From positions 12,526,001 to 12,590,000 of the forward strand of contig NC_087250.1 in assembly GCF_037042905.1 (NCBI RefSeq): a DNA stretch of 64,000 bases, in the 5' to 3' direction. Every line of letters begins with the position of its first letter. Within the stretch, counting starts at the first letter, position 1. The stretch comes from Lytechinus pictus (taxonomy: Eukaryota). The position numbers were made by a program, and so were the translations under genes. The notes under the pieces are model-generated. The model was not told where the DNA came from, did not search any database, and saw nothing but the letters and a program-made list of their open reading frames with translations. This document shows, one piece after another, positions 1-14,384 of this stretch.

Positions 1-192
1 TGGACATGATCGACTCTCTCATTTGCATATCACTGAGTTGTGCATTTAACTGTTTTGTTAAAAATAAGCGAAACTTAAAAATGTCATAACTTTCCTATTT
101 TACATCCGATTTCGATGAAATTTGCAGCGTTAAGTTTGTTTGATTTTTCTCAATCGATTCAAATCAGCAATTTTCTGGGGTGGACTTGACCT
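1..192. mobile_element. Right end of a Kolobok-like non-autonomous DNA element (truncated by the window edge)
   Basis: Ends ...GGGGTGGACTTGACCT|TTAA. Internal wording (gatgaaattt.cagc.tt) resembles the TTAA-flanked elements at 3934-4534 and 36227-36823. Confidence 0.55.
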
Positions 193-673
193 TTAATGGA
201 AAGTTTGTGTGCCTAGTAACCGACCTAATACGTTGTAAAACATTCCCGGGGGTTCATTTGCATTTTATTAGGAGCAGGTTCAATTAAAGGTATGTTTTTT
301 TTTTCCAGGAAAAGAAAAATTATTTGCCCATTTACCTGCACAATTGCCAAAGAAAGTCACGAATACGCTGCAACTTAATGGGCAATAATCTCCGTAAAAG
401 CGTTCTAAAGCAAAAGGACTTGCGCGATCTCCAGGATACCACACGAACCTGGGGCCTGTAGCATGAAATAAAAACTCTCAGACTGGCATTTTTTTGGCCA
501 GTTTTCACTGTGTTATTGTCAATGGCATAATTTTGTTCGCCAGAGTTGTTAATTAATTGCCAGAATTTTTTTATGGCAAAATGCATCAGACCCCCTGGTG
601 ACTTCGTGCTCGTGTGCAGCCACGGAGCATGACCCTGAGAAGCGCGGGGTGCTGGGGATGCTTACGCGCCCCC

Positions 674-1183
674 AAGATTTTCCTGGCGGTGCAGCTGCAT
701 GTATTATTCTCCATAGGCAGCACCCCTGGAATTATGGTAGGTGTGAAAAAATTGATAAATGTAACAAAAATTACCTTCTTTTTTAGTGAACCCCCTTGTC
801 CTCCCCCCCCCCCCCCTATGCATTATCTGTATAAATCATTCAAGTGACATAAACTCCTTTTATTGAATTGTTTTGGATGTGGAATGGAAAGCAAACAGGC
901 GAATCACATTTTGGTTTCTGCAAATGAGGCAAAGATTTTCCTGGCGGTGCAGCTGCATGTATTATTCTCCATAGGCAGCACCCCTGGAATTATGGCAGGT
1001 GTGAAAAAATTGATAAATGTAACAAAAATTACCTTCTTTTTTTAGTGAACCCCCTTGTCCCCCCCCCCCCATGCATTATCTGTATAAATCATTCAAGTGA
1101 CATAAGCTCCTATTATTGAATTGTTTTGGATGTGGAATGGAAAGCAAACAGGCGAATCACATTTTGGTTTCTGCAAATGAGGC
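674..1183. repeat. Tandem duplication of a ~258-bp unit (2 near-identical copies)
   Basis: aagattttcctggcggtgcagctgc starts at 674 and again at 932. The copies differ mainly in C-run length and a few substitutions. Confidence 0.95.
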
Positions 1184-1835
1184 ACACAATGAATTTTGAT
1201 ATACACCTTTGATCAGCTTCAAGTAGAAAATGTAGCTACATCATTTTAGGGTCTAGTCACTTTCTAAACTTACTATTTGTACACTGTCAAAAATATTGGG
1301 TAAAATTTTAACCGGCACGAGGGTGATTATGTGTCCAACAACGAATTTTTGGCAGTATTTTACCCAATGCGGGAAGCAGATTGTCCAGTAAGGTAAAAAA
1401 AATAATTAGCAGCAATTACTTTAGAATGGGCAAAGTTTTCATCACTCTGGACAAATAAAAGTGCCCAAAAGAAATGCCCAATGTTGGTTGGACACATAAT
1501 TCATGGAGCATTTTTACTCAATATTTTTTAGAATGTACATGGTACATATGGGCCCATATGGCTCATATAAAAACCAAAAAGGGCCCTATACTTTGCTATC
1601 TCGGTATGTATCTATGTATGTTCCTGGATATTTTGGTAACATATTCGTCTGCATTCGTAGCAAACAAATAATACAAGATTAATGAAATTTCAGCATTAAT
1701 AAATTAAACTTATAAATATGGAGCTCCAACTTTGGAGAGTAGTGAGCAGTACTTCTTCCTGAAATTTTTTCCTACATGTATTACCAATTTTTTGTTGCCG
1801 ATGGTGCACGTTTGAATTTGTCTCTATCTATATAG

Positions 1836-2123
1836 TGTGCCCTGAAGGTTGGGTGTACGGGAACACAAAATGTTTCCTGTTCGAGAACAGCCTCCAGGAC
1901 ATTCCCTGGACAACTGCTCGTGACACCTGCAACGCCCTGGAAGCAGTCACATTGTGCAACGGGAAGGCAGTGGAGCCATCCCTGCTCGTCATAGAAAGCA
2001 TTGAGGAGTACCATCTTCTGAAGCGCAACGTGACCACTGACTTTGCGTGGGTGAACTGCATCCTCATTGATAAAACTTTTGAATGTTACACGGACAGGGC
2101 AGGGACAACTAGCGACTATCGAA
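1836..2123 (+). CDS. C-type lectin domain gene A, CTLD exon 1 (upstream exons not found in the window)
   Basis: Acceptor tatag|, donor |gtaag, 288 nt, phase 1-1. Encodes CPEGWVYGNTKCFLF...WTTARDTC...SLLVIESIEEY...AWVNC...YR, the long-form CTLD N-half. Confidence 0.9.
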
Positions 2124-3933
2124 GTAAGACGAATTTTGCTACTTATTTTGTACCCCCCCCCCCCTGTAAGATAGAGCCTCTAACCTTATTTTTCACTTCG
2201 CCTAATCAAACTGGTATGTGGTCATCCTTCCCAATTTGGTTTTCCCCTTTTCTTATCTGTTTTTGGTGTTCCTCTTATCATGTCTGTTGTTTTGCCTCGT
2301 CTTCCATTGCTTGTCCTTCATTCTCCTTTCTTCTTTTCTTCTATCTGTGGTAATATGTCGAATGTGCAACGTAAGTCTTGGCGGAGGCCTCTTAGTGACT
2401 GAACCTCCATTCCTTTCCCTTTTCTGTCCTATAAGTAGCATGTACCAAATTAATTATATACTTTCAAGGGCGATCCACATTTACAAGCATTGCCTTTAGT
2501 GGACCCCCCCCCCTTTTCGTTTTCCATATGCGTTATATCATACTGCTTATTTCATATCAATCCTTAAAATTATATCTGATTTATATAACTTTGTAGTATG
2601 TTTGAATGAAAATGAAATAAAAAATTGAATGTAATTGGAACGAAGCTCCATATTTATTCAATGCTTCGTATCAAGCAAATATTTGCGGTAGCAGTCGCTC
2701 TACCACACAACACTTCGGGTAAGTCTGTTGAACTATTGACTAAACAACTCTGGACAAGAGACGAGAAAGTAAGAGAAGAGAGAAGATTTAGTATAATATT
2801 GATTATGAATATGGCCTTATTATATATCAGGGGAAAGGTAATGATGTGGGGATTATCAATTGGTCATTGAAAAATAACGAAAATAATACATTAGATGGAA
2901 ATCGCCAATTAAAATGCGCTAAAATGCCTCTCCGAAATATGCCTCGCATCGGTCTCTGAATTGACTCGAATTTGATGACGTGCATGAGTGTACGATAGAC
3001 GTGATTGGCTCTCCCACGTCAAGCTCCACTTGCATGCAAAACCTGTTGCGAGGGTACGTTTTCTCCACACTGTCACTGAATACTTCGATCACGAAATGAA
3101 AGAAAACCCACAAGTTTATCTAGATTTGGATTTTTAAATAGATGATTTTGAAGATGAAGAGAATGATGATGGATTTTATAGCTCTAGAACAACAAAGTGA
3201 CGTGGATGGAGGTAAATTAAGGGAATTACGCCGGTGATGACGAGTCGGACAATTCAACTTGCATGCCGATTTGCTACCAACTCATTCAGCTGCTAGCTGC
3301 ACCGCGGGCCAAACCCATGAAAATGAATTCCAGCATGACCACATCCAGACAGAGTCTCTTCCCTCTATAAACAAGATAATGAGAAGGAAAATAATTATAT
3401 AACTGTACTTACAAACAAGTGAATATATCCGAACCTGAAGGCAAATCAACTCAACGAATAGCAGCAGACGATATGCACCGCGCGAAGATGATCGTTCGTG
3501 TGGCTGGGATAGATTGTCACTCGTTCTGTTAGATAAAATTTCTATCTCATTATTTTGACAAAATTACGAAACTCGGGGAATTATTTTTCTATATAAAAAT
3601 ATAGTAACACCTGGTACTATTTTTTAAATTACGATAAAACCTTTTTTGAAGCAAAAAAATGAGGTAAATTAAAATTAGATATAAAAGATCATCCGCCTAG
3701 CTCGCACGCGATCGATTGTAAACAAACCATCACCAACACAGGGCTAAAGCTCGCCTTGCTGATTGTTTACAATTGCATGCGAGCGAGGCGGATGATCAGA
3801 ATTTTGCTCTTTAAACTTTACTATATTTATTTAGATATAAATAGTCCGGAGCATACCTTTTCAGCATTTTGCTTTGTGAATTTTACACTTTCTATTGAGA
3901 TAGAAATATCTCCAGCCTGGACCATATATTTAA

Positions 3934-4534
3934 AGGGATGGTCCAGGCTGGAAATATTTATAACTCAATAAATAGAGCAAATTCACAAAGAAAAAATGCT
4001 GAAAATTTGATCAAAATCGGATCACAAATAACGAAGTTATTGGATTTTAAAGATTGGCAATATTCCGGTGAAACAGTTGTAGGCATGTCTTTATGAATAT
4101 TCATCAAGTGGGCTGATAATGTCATATTCCCAATTGTTCTTTTGTACTTTAGCATATGAAATTAGGTTTATTCAAATTTTTTCTAAGAACTAAAACAATT
4201 GGATTGACAACTGATAAAGTGCATTAGTTATTTATTGCCGCAACTAATTTCATCATAATGGAAACACATCATTTAAACATGTATGAAACAATGAAACATT
4301 TATTATTTCATGTAATAATATAATAAAAAGGAAAGTGGGGATATGACATCATCAGCCCACCTACTGAATAATCATGACGATGTGCATATACCTGTTTTCA
4401 CAAAATATTGATAACCTTTAAAATTCAATAACTTCGTTATTTGTTATCCGGTTTTGATGAAATTTTCAGCATTTTGCTTTGTGAATTTTACTCTATTTAT
4501 TACGATACAAATATTTTCAGCCCGGTCCATCCCT
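3934..4534. mobile_element. Kolobok-like MITE in the lectin A intron
   Basis: TTAA|AGGGATGGTCCAGGCTG ... CAGCCCGGTCCATCCCT|TTTA imperfect TIRs and long subterminal inverted repeats. A related copy lies at about 13447-14048. Confidence 0.7.
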
Positions 4535-4646
4535 TTTAGGTTGGAATTTTTTCATGAAAACTTTCTACAATTGGCGAGTTTGTAATACTGGTAAGAAACT
4601 GAAATGAAGAATGATTAATAATGTTTTAATACATGTTCCATTACAG

Positions 4647-4780
4647 ATTGGGATGATAACCAACCTAATTTACACCCAGGAAAGAGATACGCGATGGTGT
4701 ATATGGCCAATGGTAAAATGCACGACCATTTTAACAACATGGAATCAACGGCCACAGTCTGTCAGGTCAACGTACATTGA
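4647..4780 (+). CDS. C-type lectin domain gene A, terminal exon
   Basis: Acceptor ttacag|, phase 1. Reads (N)WDDNQPNLHPGKRYAMVYMANGKMHDHFNNMESTATVCQVNVH*, in frame with exon 1836-2123 and collinear with the paralog exon 28685-28821. Confidence 0.9.
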
Positions 4781-4790
4781 TAGCTTTATT

Positions 4791-5220
4791 TTCAATTGGT
4801 CTAATACCAATTCGTCTAATTATCAACTCGTCTACTATCATTTGGTCTACCATCAGTTCGTCCACTACCTACGTGGTCTACGTGTCATTTCGTCCACTCA
4901 CCATTTCGTGTAATAACCATGTGGTCCAATAGCCATTTAGTCCACATGCCATTTGGTCGAATTGTATACAGTGTTAATTGGGAGAAATGAATGTAAAGAA
5001 AATGGGTACTAGACCAACTGGTTATGAGACGAAATTGTCCTGAAAGAACTGGTAATGATACAGAGTAATTATTGGACGACATTTTTATTGGATTAAATGG
5101 TTGCCAGACGAAATGTCGATGGACTGAATGGCATTAGATGAAATGAAGGTAGACCATGTGATGAGTGGACGAGTTGGCATTAGACGACTTAGCAATTTAC
5201 TCTTTGAAACACCGGCCATG
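4791..5220. mobile_element. Foldback-type dispersed repeat (other copies at ~21356-21738 and ~53453-53867)
   Basis: Arms built of ttcgtcta/tggtcta motifs facing tagacgaa/tagacca motifs. The same family occurs three times in the window. Confidence 0.75.
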
Positions 5221-6232
5221 AGAAATATTTAACATAAAGAAATATCATCTTAGAGAGAATGGAACCACGTGTATCTTTCTTGAACCATTAATGAGGGCAT
5301 TATGGGGGTAGGATTGGCTTTTAGGAAATGGGTTTGTGTTGTTACTCTTTTCAGGCGTTTTTTCTAAAAACTTAGAGACTTTGAACGTAAAAAGGTATAG
5401 AACATGGCTAGAGATTGGGTTTTAATGCCAATGACACCCCTTAAAAATATTACGAGGGATTGTGTTGACCAGAGAGAAAATGATTGAAGTGAAACCTTGC
5501 AGATGAAGCACTAATCAAACTTATCAAATAAAACTACCATTACAGATATAAAATTGTAAATTTTGGGGTTTGCATCACGTGCAAAATTCTGCATTATAAT
5601 TTTGCGCGCAAAGCGCGCCGAAAATTTGTCTTTACCTCCTCTCGCCACCCAAAATATGGAGAGACATTCCTGACTCTAAATTATATGTTTTATCAGTTTA
5701 GCCTCAATCAGGAAGTATATAGCGACAGAACCATTTCCCCAAAAAATATGTATCCTAAAGAAAGACAAAAATTCGGAGCGCTTTTTACAAAACACGGATA
5801 TTAAGCTTAGAGTTAAAACTTTAATTTTATGGCATTAGTATTGGTATATTGGTGGCTAAAGTATATAGGGCGGTTAATCTGAAAAAAAAATACAAGGCAG
5901 TCAACTATATTGCAGGAGATCATGGACTTCTTATACTCGCACTTTAAGAGAGCATTAATGTATTGTGCATTTAGATGCTACTTTGCGAGGGAGCATTTAG
6001 CGACCGAGCGAGAAAACTTTCGAATTTGAGTAGTAAAAACTTTGATTTCAGAGCACTTGACAACGTGAATGGAATACTACATTAATCAATACATATATAC
6101 GCATATAGGACCTACATACAGTGTATATATCAATTTTTTCTGGTAGTCAAAAATTTGGGGCGGGGGCTTGAGCAATTTTTTTTTTTTTTTTTTTTTGGGG
6201 GGGGGCTTCAGTCCCCAAAGCCCCCCTGTTGC

Positions 6233-6435
6233 ACCCACAAATGTAATAACGCCCACAAATGTAATAACACTTTACCCACAAATGTATTAACGCCCACAAA
6301 TGTAATAACCCTTTACCCACAAATGTAATAATTTCACCCACAAATGTTATAATGCACTTTACCCACAAATGTAATCATTTTTGATCGCCCACAAAATTTA
6401 ATGTAATAATGACTTTACCTACAAATGTAATAAAT
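6233..6435. repeat. Minisatellite of CCCACAAATGTAAT-cored units (17-22 bp)
   Basis: About 9 visible copies of cccacaaatgtaat(aac) with short variable linkers. Confidence 0.85.
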
Positions 6436-6566
6436 TTGAAGGGATTTTTGGCGACTCCGTTCTAAACTAAAATCCTATAGTAATGTGTTCATATAGCATA
6501 AAAGTGCAAAGTCTTTTTTCCAGACCCGGTTGATTAAAAAAATATAAGATAAGTCCATATATATAA

Positions 6567-7259
6567 GATTATTCCTCATTCACGCATGAGTGAGCAAAAA
6601 CAATTTGAAGAAAGGATACCAAAAACTCATTTGGCGGGGGGTATCTGAATTTTGAAAAGAAAATCAGATGCCTAAAAAGTTCAATATCTGCTCTTTAATT
6701 TGATACCTTAATCACAAAAAATGGTCAAGAAGTAAAAAAGTTACGTTCCCTCGAAACAATGCTTGTATTTCCATAATTTCATTAAATAAACGTGTTTTCG
6801 CCGGGTTCCCACAGAAGCTATCGCATGGTTAACAAAAGACTTCATGCATGGCTGATCGTCAACAAAACGGAGTGTCGAGTGAGTTTGAATGCTAGCCTGT
6901 AAAACCTCTTCATTTTATGAAATTATTGAAATTCAAGCCTTATTTCAAATAACCAGAACTTTGTTATTTCTTGACCATTTTCTGTAATTGAGGTATCAAA
7001 TTAAAGAGCAGATATTGAACTTTTTAGAAATGTGATTTCCTTTTTGAAACCCAGATACAGCCCGCCAAATGACTTTTTGGTATCCCCTCTTCAAATTGTT
7101 TTTGCTCACTCATGCGTGAATGAGAAATAATTTAAGTAATTTCAGATGAAAGAGGAGATTCTAAGCTTTACAATGGTAGGATATTTGTCTATTGTATTTG
7201 TGATTAAGTTATGATAAATCATCGATAAATCTCGGTTTCGTTTTTTGTTGGACGCACTG
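6567..7259. mobile_element. Tc1/mariner-like MITE, left end truncated
   Basis: About 170-bp inverted arms (6570-6740 vs 6958-7130). The right end reads GGACGCACTG|TA. Confidence 0.65.
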
Positions 7260-7989
7260 TATATATATACAAAAACGTTTCATTATTTTCTTTATTTATA
7301 TCATCATTATGAAGAAATAAGTGAGAAGCAAAAACAAATATGGCAATCGCTTTTTTCAGATAGGCAAAATATTAGTATGTTATTGACATCGTAATTACGA
7401 TCATTGCTTCTGTTTTAATGTTATTGGTCTATTTTTTATTCCTTAATTTTACTGCTCTGTAATATGACACAAGAAAAAAACACATGGAATGAGTAAGAAA
7501 TTTTTAAAATTTCAATGTGTAGTTCATGTTGAGCAGGAAAATAAATTATTTTGGATCCGACGATAATTTGTGGAGGCGGTTGCCCATTGTTAATTTCTTT
7601 TTTAAACTTCACCTTCCGTATGGCAAGCCGTTTTAACATTTAAGCCTAATTTAAGCCTAAGAATTACCATTGCTTAACTACACAAAACCATTTTTTTTAT
7701 ATCAAGAATTCGATTTCTTGATATCAAGAAATGAATTCTTGATATCGAGAATTCGATTACTTGATATCAAGAATTCATTTCTTGATATCTAAAAATAGAA
7801 TTATTGATATCATGAAATGAATTCTTGATATCTCTTGATTTTGAACGCAAGACTATTGCAAGAATTGTTTGGATATCGAGCACAAAGTATTGCACAAATG
7901 TTAAATTTATGTCAAGCTCAAAAGTTGTGCAGAATTGAAATTGATACTTGATTTCCAGCGCACAAGTAATGCAGAAATTTATTCTGATT

Positions 7990-10897
7990 TCTAACTCAAA
8001 ACCAGTGCACGATTATACTGTGATTCGATTTCGAACTCAAAACTTGTGCACGATTACATTGTGATTCGATTTCGAACTCAAAACTTGTGCACGATTACAT
8101 TGTGATTCGATTTCGAACTCAAAACCTGTGCACGATTACATTGTGATTCGATTTCGAACTCAAAACCTGTGCACGATTACATTGTGATTTGATTTCGAAC
8201 TCAAAACTTGTGCACGATTACATTGTGATTCGATTTCGAACTCAAAACCTGTGCACGATTACACTGTTATTCGATTTCGAACTCAAAATTTGTGCACGAT
8301 TACATTGTGTTTCGATTTCGAACTCAAAACTTGTGCACGATTACATTGTGATTTGATTTCGAACTCAAAACTTGTGCACGATTACATTGTGATTCGATTT
8401 CGAACTCAAAACTTGCGCACGATTACATTGTGATTCGATTTCGAACTCAAAACTTGTGCACGATTACATTGTGATTTGATTTCGAACTCAAAACTTGTGC
8501 ACGATTACACTGTGATTCGATTTCGAACTCAAAACTTGTGCACAATTACATTGTGATTCGATTTCGAACTCAAAACTTGTGCACGATTACATTGTGATTT
8601 GATTTCGAACTCAAAACTTGTGCACGATTACAATGTGATTCGATTTCGAACTCAAAACTTGTGCACGATTACATTGTGATTTGATTTCGAACTCAAAACT
8701 TGTGCACGATTACACTGTGATTCGATTTCGAACTCAAAACTTGTGCACGATTACATTGTGATTTGATTTCGAACTCAAAACTTGTGCACGATTACATTGT
8801 GATTCGATTTCGAACTCAAAACTTGTGCACGATTACATTGTGATTCGATTTCGAACTCAAAACCTGTGCACGATTACATTGTGATTCAATTTCGAACTCA
8901 AAACTTGTGCACGATTACATTGTGATTTGATTTCGAACTCAAAACTTGTGCACGATTACACTGTGATTCGATTTCGAACTCATAACTTGTGCACGATTAC
9001 ATTTTGATTCGATTTCGAACGATTACATTGTGATTTGATTTCGAACTCAAAACTTGTGCACGATTACATTTTGATTCGATTTCGAACTCAAAACTTGTGC
9101 ACGATTACATTGTGATTCGATTTCGAACGATTACATTGTGATTTGATTTCGAACTCAAAACTTGTGCACGATTACACTGTGATTCGATTTCGAACTCAAA
9201 ACTTGTGCACGATTACATTGTGATTCGATTTCGAACTCAAAACTTGTGCACGATTACATTGTGATTCAATTTCGAACTCAAAACTTGTGCACGATTACAT
9301 TGTGATTTGATTTCGAACTCAAAACTTGTGCACGATTACACTGTGATTCGATTTCGAACTCAAAACTTGTGCACGATTACATTGTGATTCGATTTCGAAC
9401 TCAAAACTTGTGCACGATTACATTGTGATTCGATTTCGAACTCAAAACTTGTGCACGATTACACTGTGATTCGATTTCGAACTCAAAACTTGTGCACGAT
9501 TACATTGTGATTCGATTTCGAACTCAAAACTTGTGCACGATTACATTGTGATTCAATTTCGAACTCAAAACTTGTGCACGATTACATTGTGATTTGATTT
9601 CGAACTCAAAACTTGTGCACGATTACACTGTGATTCGATTTCGAACTCAAAACTTGTGCACGATTACATTGTGATTCGATTTCGAACTCAAAACTTGTGC
9701 ACGATTACATTGTGATTCGATTTCGAACTCAAAACCTGTGCACGATTACATTGTGATTCGATTTCGAACGATTACATTGTGATTTGATTTCGAACTCAAA
9801 ACTTGTGCACGATTACACTGTGATTCGATTTCGAACTCAAAACTTGTGCACGATTACATTGTGATTCGATTTCGAACTCAAAACTTGTGCACGATTACAT
9901 TGTGATTCAATTTCGAACTCAAAACTTGTGCACGATTACATTGTGATTTGATTTCGAACTCAAAACTTGTGCACGATTACACTGTGATTCGATTTCGAAC
10001 TCATAACTTGTGCACGATTACATTTTGATTCGATTTCGAACTCAAAACTTGTGCACGATTACATTGTGATTCGATTTCGAACTCAAAACCTGTGCACGAT
10101 TACATTGTGATTCGATTTCGAACTCAAAACTTGTGCACGATTACATTGTGATTTGATTTCGAACTCAAAACCTGTGCACGATTACATTGTGATTCGATTT
10201 CGAACTCAAAACTTGTGCACGATTACATTGTGATTTGATTTCGAACTCAAAACTTGTGCACGATTGCATTGTGATTCGATTTCGAACTCAAAACTTGTGC
10301 ACGATTACATTGTGATTCGATTTCGAACTCAAAACCTGTGCACGATTACAATGTGATTCGATTTCGAACTCAAAACTTGTGCACGATTACATTGTGATTT
10401 GATTTCGAACTCAAAACTTGTGCACGATTACACTGTGATTCGATTTCGAACTCAAAACTTGTGCACGATTACATTGTGATTCGATTTCGAACTCAAAACT
10501 TGTGCACGATTACATTGTGATTTGATTTCGAACTCAAAACCTGTGCACGATTACACTGTTATTCGATTTCGAACTCAAAACTTGTGCACGATTACATTGT
10601 GATTCGATTTCGAACTCAAAACTTGTGCACGATTACATTGTGATTCGATTTCGAACTCAAAACTTGTGCACGATTACATTGTGATTCGATTTCGAACTCA
10701 AAACCTGTGCACGATTACATTGTGATTCGATTTCGAACTCAAAACTTGTGCACGATTACACTGTGATTCGATTTCGAACTCAAAACTTGTGCACGATTAC
10801 ATTGTGATTTGATTTCGAACTCAAAACCTGTGCACGATTACATTGTGATTCGATTTCGAACTCAAAACTTGTGCACGATTACATTGTGATTCGATTT
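7990..10897. repeat. Homogeneous 41-bp satellite, ~70 copies
   Basis: Unit AACTTGTGCACGATTACATTGTGATTCGATTTCGAACTCAA (8041 to 8082 period), head-to-tail with no spacers. Degenerate units at ~7840-7990, and a separate TTCTTGATATCAAGAA repeat at 7695-7835. Confidence 0.98.
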
Positions 10898-11239
10898 AAA
10901 AAGTTACCAGCCACCCCAAAAAACAACAATCAGTCGCGCAAGATTAATTCTGAGATTTTTCTTGGGTTTACTCATACACTAATTCCTAAGTTTTTAGAAA
11001 ATATTTAACTTGTAAAACTTGATCTCTAATAATTTGTGGAGGCGGTTTACCTTCCCGTACCTTCCCATGATTGCAATCAAGTACTTGTGTGGGTACACAA
11101 GTACTTGATTGCAATCATGGACTAGGCGAAAGCTTAAAATATATGGACAAAACAAGGTTTGAAGTCCTGGGTACACTCAAGCATGAGATCTGCACATCAT
11201 GCAATCTTAGTGAAACTTCCAAGCAGTCCCCCCCCCCCC

Positions 11240-11270
<31 letters not shown>

Positions 11271-12623
11271 TCAAAGAAATTCTTATATCTGGATTTCTAT
11301 TCAAAATTGCAACTCGAAATTTTGACAGTAAAAAAAAAGAGAAGAATTACTCTTTCGGACATGCTATTTTCATTGTTTTTGCTTTCCAAATTGATATTTT
11401 TGGCGTTTTAAAAGAGAAACCTTCCTGGCGACTTATTGTTGTTTTTTGGGTGGCTGTTCATAAACTGAATTATGTTATAATTATCAAAACATGTACGAAA
11501 ATCTAAAGTGGATATAAACGGGATATAAACTTTTGAAATTAAAGCACAGAGTGGAGTTCTGTGGATGTGCGTGCATATGCAGGTGGGTGAGATTGCCAGT
11601 GTGTGAGGATGAGTATTTTTAATTTTTTTGTATAACTACGAGGGGTTTCATTCATTCATTCTTTTTTCTCTTTGCTTCAGTTAATGTCCTATCTAAGCCC
11701 CCTCACACCTAACCGAATTGCCTGAAATATGCCTTGCGATGGCTGGCGAAAGGCATTTTTTACAAAATCGTTTTCAATGGTAACTAATGGTAAATCATAT
11801 TTACCCTTCGTGTTTGGGTTCGTACATCCTTTGAACTAACAGCTGCAATTATTCAAATTCGCGCAGAAATTTTGAACATGTAAAAAATTTCCCGACGAAT
11901 TGAAAAATCGTTGGTCATCTGTTTGAATTCGCATCTCTTATTTAGTCTGCAGTAATCGTTCGTTTATCGTTCGTGTGTTTTTGTCGCGCATAGTCCCTCT
12001 TCGCGCTTTTGCCTAAGTGGACCGATATCGAAAGAACCCGTAACGAAGCAACACGATGACACAACGAACAAGATTGCTTGATCTATTCCCTCGTCTTCGT
12101 TTCTAATCGCACGCCATATCAATCCATTAGTCACTGTTCCTTCGTCTTATTGTGTTATATCAACCCTTCGCTCGCCTTCGGCAGCAATTTTATCAAAGAG
12201 GTGAACCGAAAAATCGATATCCTTTGAAGGTAATATTTATATTTCGCTTACCGTTTGTTGATAAAATTTGACAATAGTTACTGATCGCATGATAAAAATC
12301 TCTCAGTCTGATAAGGAATTAACTAATCATGGACAAAGATAGGCAGGAACGCATGAAGAGAGTATAATTTAGGTGTTTTTTTGTTAAAGCAATGACAGGA
12401 GAAATCGAATAACTATTTATAACACAGTGGGCTTATACCAATGATTGGCAAGGATTTAGTATGCACAGTATACGATTTACTCAAGTTATTTTATATATCT
12501 TATACACGTATGAACATTTCTAGTATTCAACTCAATCAAATATATTATTTCCATCATCACCCGGCATGCCCGGTAAAATAATCCAGCAAAAGCGAGAAAA
12601 AAAAATAAAGCAATATTACTCCT

Positions 12624-12842
12624 GGGCAATTCCATAAAAAAATCAACTCTTTTGTACATCCGACCCCCATTTTTCTCATGTTTTACTCCACCTCATAAAC
12701 TGACCAAGTCATGGTCATTTGACAGCATTAGTGCATTACAGACTGTCAATTCCCCCCCCCCCCCTCCAGAAATCAGAGACAGAAAATTTCATGAAGGTCC
12801 CACAAAAATGAGGTCGGACGTACATAATTTATAGAATTGCCC
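12624..12842. mobile_element. Harbinger-like MITE
   Basis: TIRs GGGCAATTCCATAA ... TTATAGAATTGCCC. Confidence 0.65.
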
Positions 12843-14384
12843 TCATTTTCTTCCCTCCACAATATTATACCTATTGACGGCATCACACATTAATCTAGTA
12901 ATTAGTTGGAATAGTGAAATGTACTCTTGGAAGAATAACCAAAACTCAAAGAAAATTATCACGATGATGACATGATAATTTGATAATACCCAATATTTAT
13001 AACGCGCTTTATCCAAATGGCCCAAAGCGCTTACAATTTCAAATTCATACAAACGAACAAAACATAGTTTATAATCTAATTTTGCACAATGCTCTACCAT
13101 AAAAAAAATATATATAAGAGCAGGATATACTAATAAGAAGTCTGTGTATTTCATTAACAGTAGGCCTATTGTTCATTGCTTAACGAACTACAAAATTTAA
13201 ATAAGTTTATACGTCGTGTCCAAAATTTTGAAAATAAAAAGGTATACAATACTAAAAAGTAATCATACTATCTATAACTAGGGAAATTGAAAAAAATAAT
13301 CGGCTATGAATAAATATGATGGATCAGTACAATTCGTTTGAAGAAAATAATGTTAGGATGCAGATCGAATCTGAAAAAAAAAATCAGAAACAAATTTCTT
13401 GATTTAATTATTTGCTACAATGTTTAGGTATGAAACATTGTAGTTGAAGGGATACTCCGGGCTTAAATTATTTATATCTAAATCGAAAGAGTAATATTCA
13501 TGGTGCACAACGTTGAAAATTTCATCAAAATCTGATAACAAATAATGAAGTAATTGAAATTTGAAGTTTATCAATATAATTATTGTGAAAACAGTTATAT
13601 GCACGTCGTCATGAATATTCATTAGGTTGGCTGATGATGTCACAATGACATCCCACTTTCTCTTTTCTTCTGTTATTACATGAAATCAAAATAATTTCAT
13701 TCCTCATACAGTAAGGTGTGAATGATGTGTCTCCATTTTGATAAAATAAGATGCAGCGATTAATTTCTAATGCATTAAATCAGTTAATCCAATTTTTTCT
13801 TATAGTTCTTAAGGGAAAAAATAATAACCCTAATTTCATAATAAAGTACAAAAGAACAAGTGGGGATATGACATTATCAGTTTGCTCATTGAATGTTCAT
13901 GAAGACATGCCTAGAACTGTTTCACCGGAATAATTCAAATCTGTAAAATGCCATTACTTTGTTATTCTTTGTCCAATTTTGATCAAATTTCCACGGTTTT
14001 TTTTGTCCGACTTTGTCACTATTTATATTCATCATCAGTCTCACCTCTGAAACAGACCAACGACCGATCAAAGGTATTACCTTATATAAATCGAATCACA
14101 TACAATCGGTCGGTTTGCATTTGGTTCCATTTTGTGTGACTGATTCGTATCCAGGATGCTAGCTAGTCTGCACGCACAGACCCTGATTTAAACTTTGATC
14201 AACAAGTGTGTCTCCACGCAAAGACTAGCACATACAAAACTTGCTGTTTCAATTCAGGGCCGAGGGCCTTCCGTACACAAGACATGAGTAGGCTACAATT
14301 CAGACCCTTTACTCGAGTAAGGGTTTGCACAGCAGACTAGACGCTAGCGATGGTGTGTTCGTACGGTTAAGAGATTCCGGACTT

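Noticed and set aside
2124..2353. Hydrophobic C-terminal tail on the 172-aa lectin ORF (apparent transmembrane region)
   Set aside because: It is intron read-through past the GTAAG donor at 2124. The true continuation is exon 4647-4780.
6233..6435. Repeat-with-linker pattern resembling a mini-CRISPR
   Set aside because: Linkers are only a few bp and related to each other, so this is a minisatellite.
7990..10897. CRISPR-like regular array
   Set aside because: Units are head-to-tail with no unique spacers, there are no cas genes, and the context is eukaryotic.
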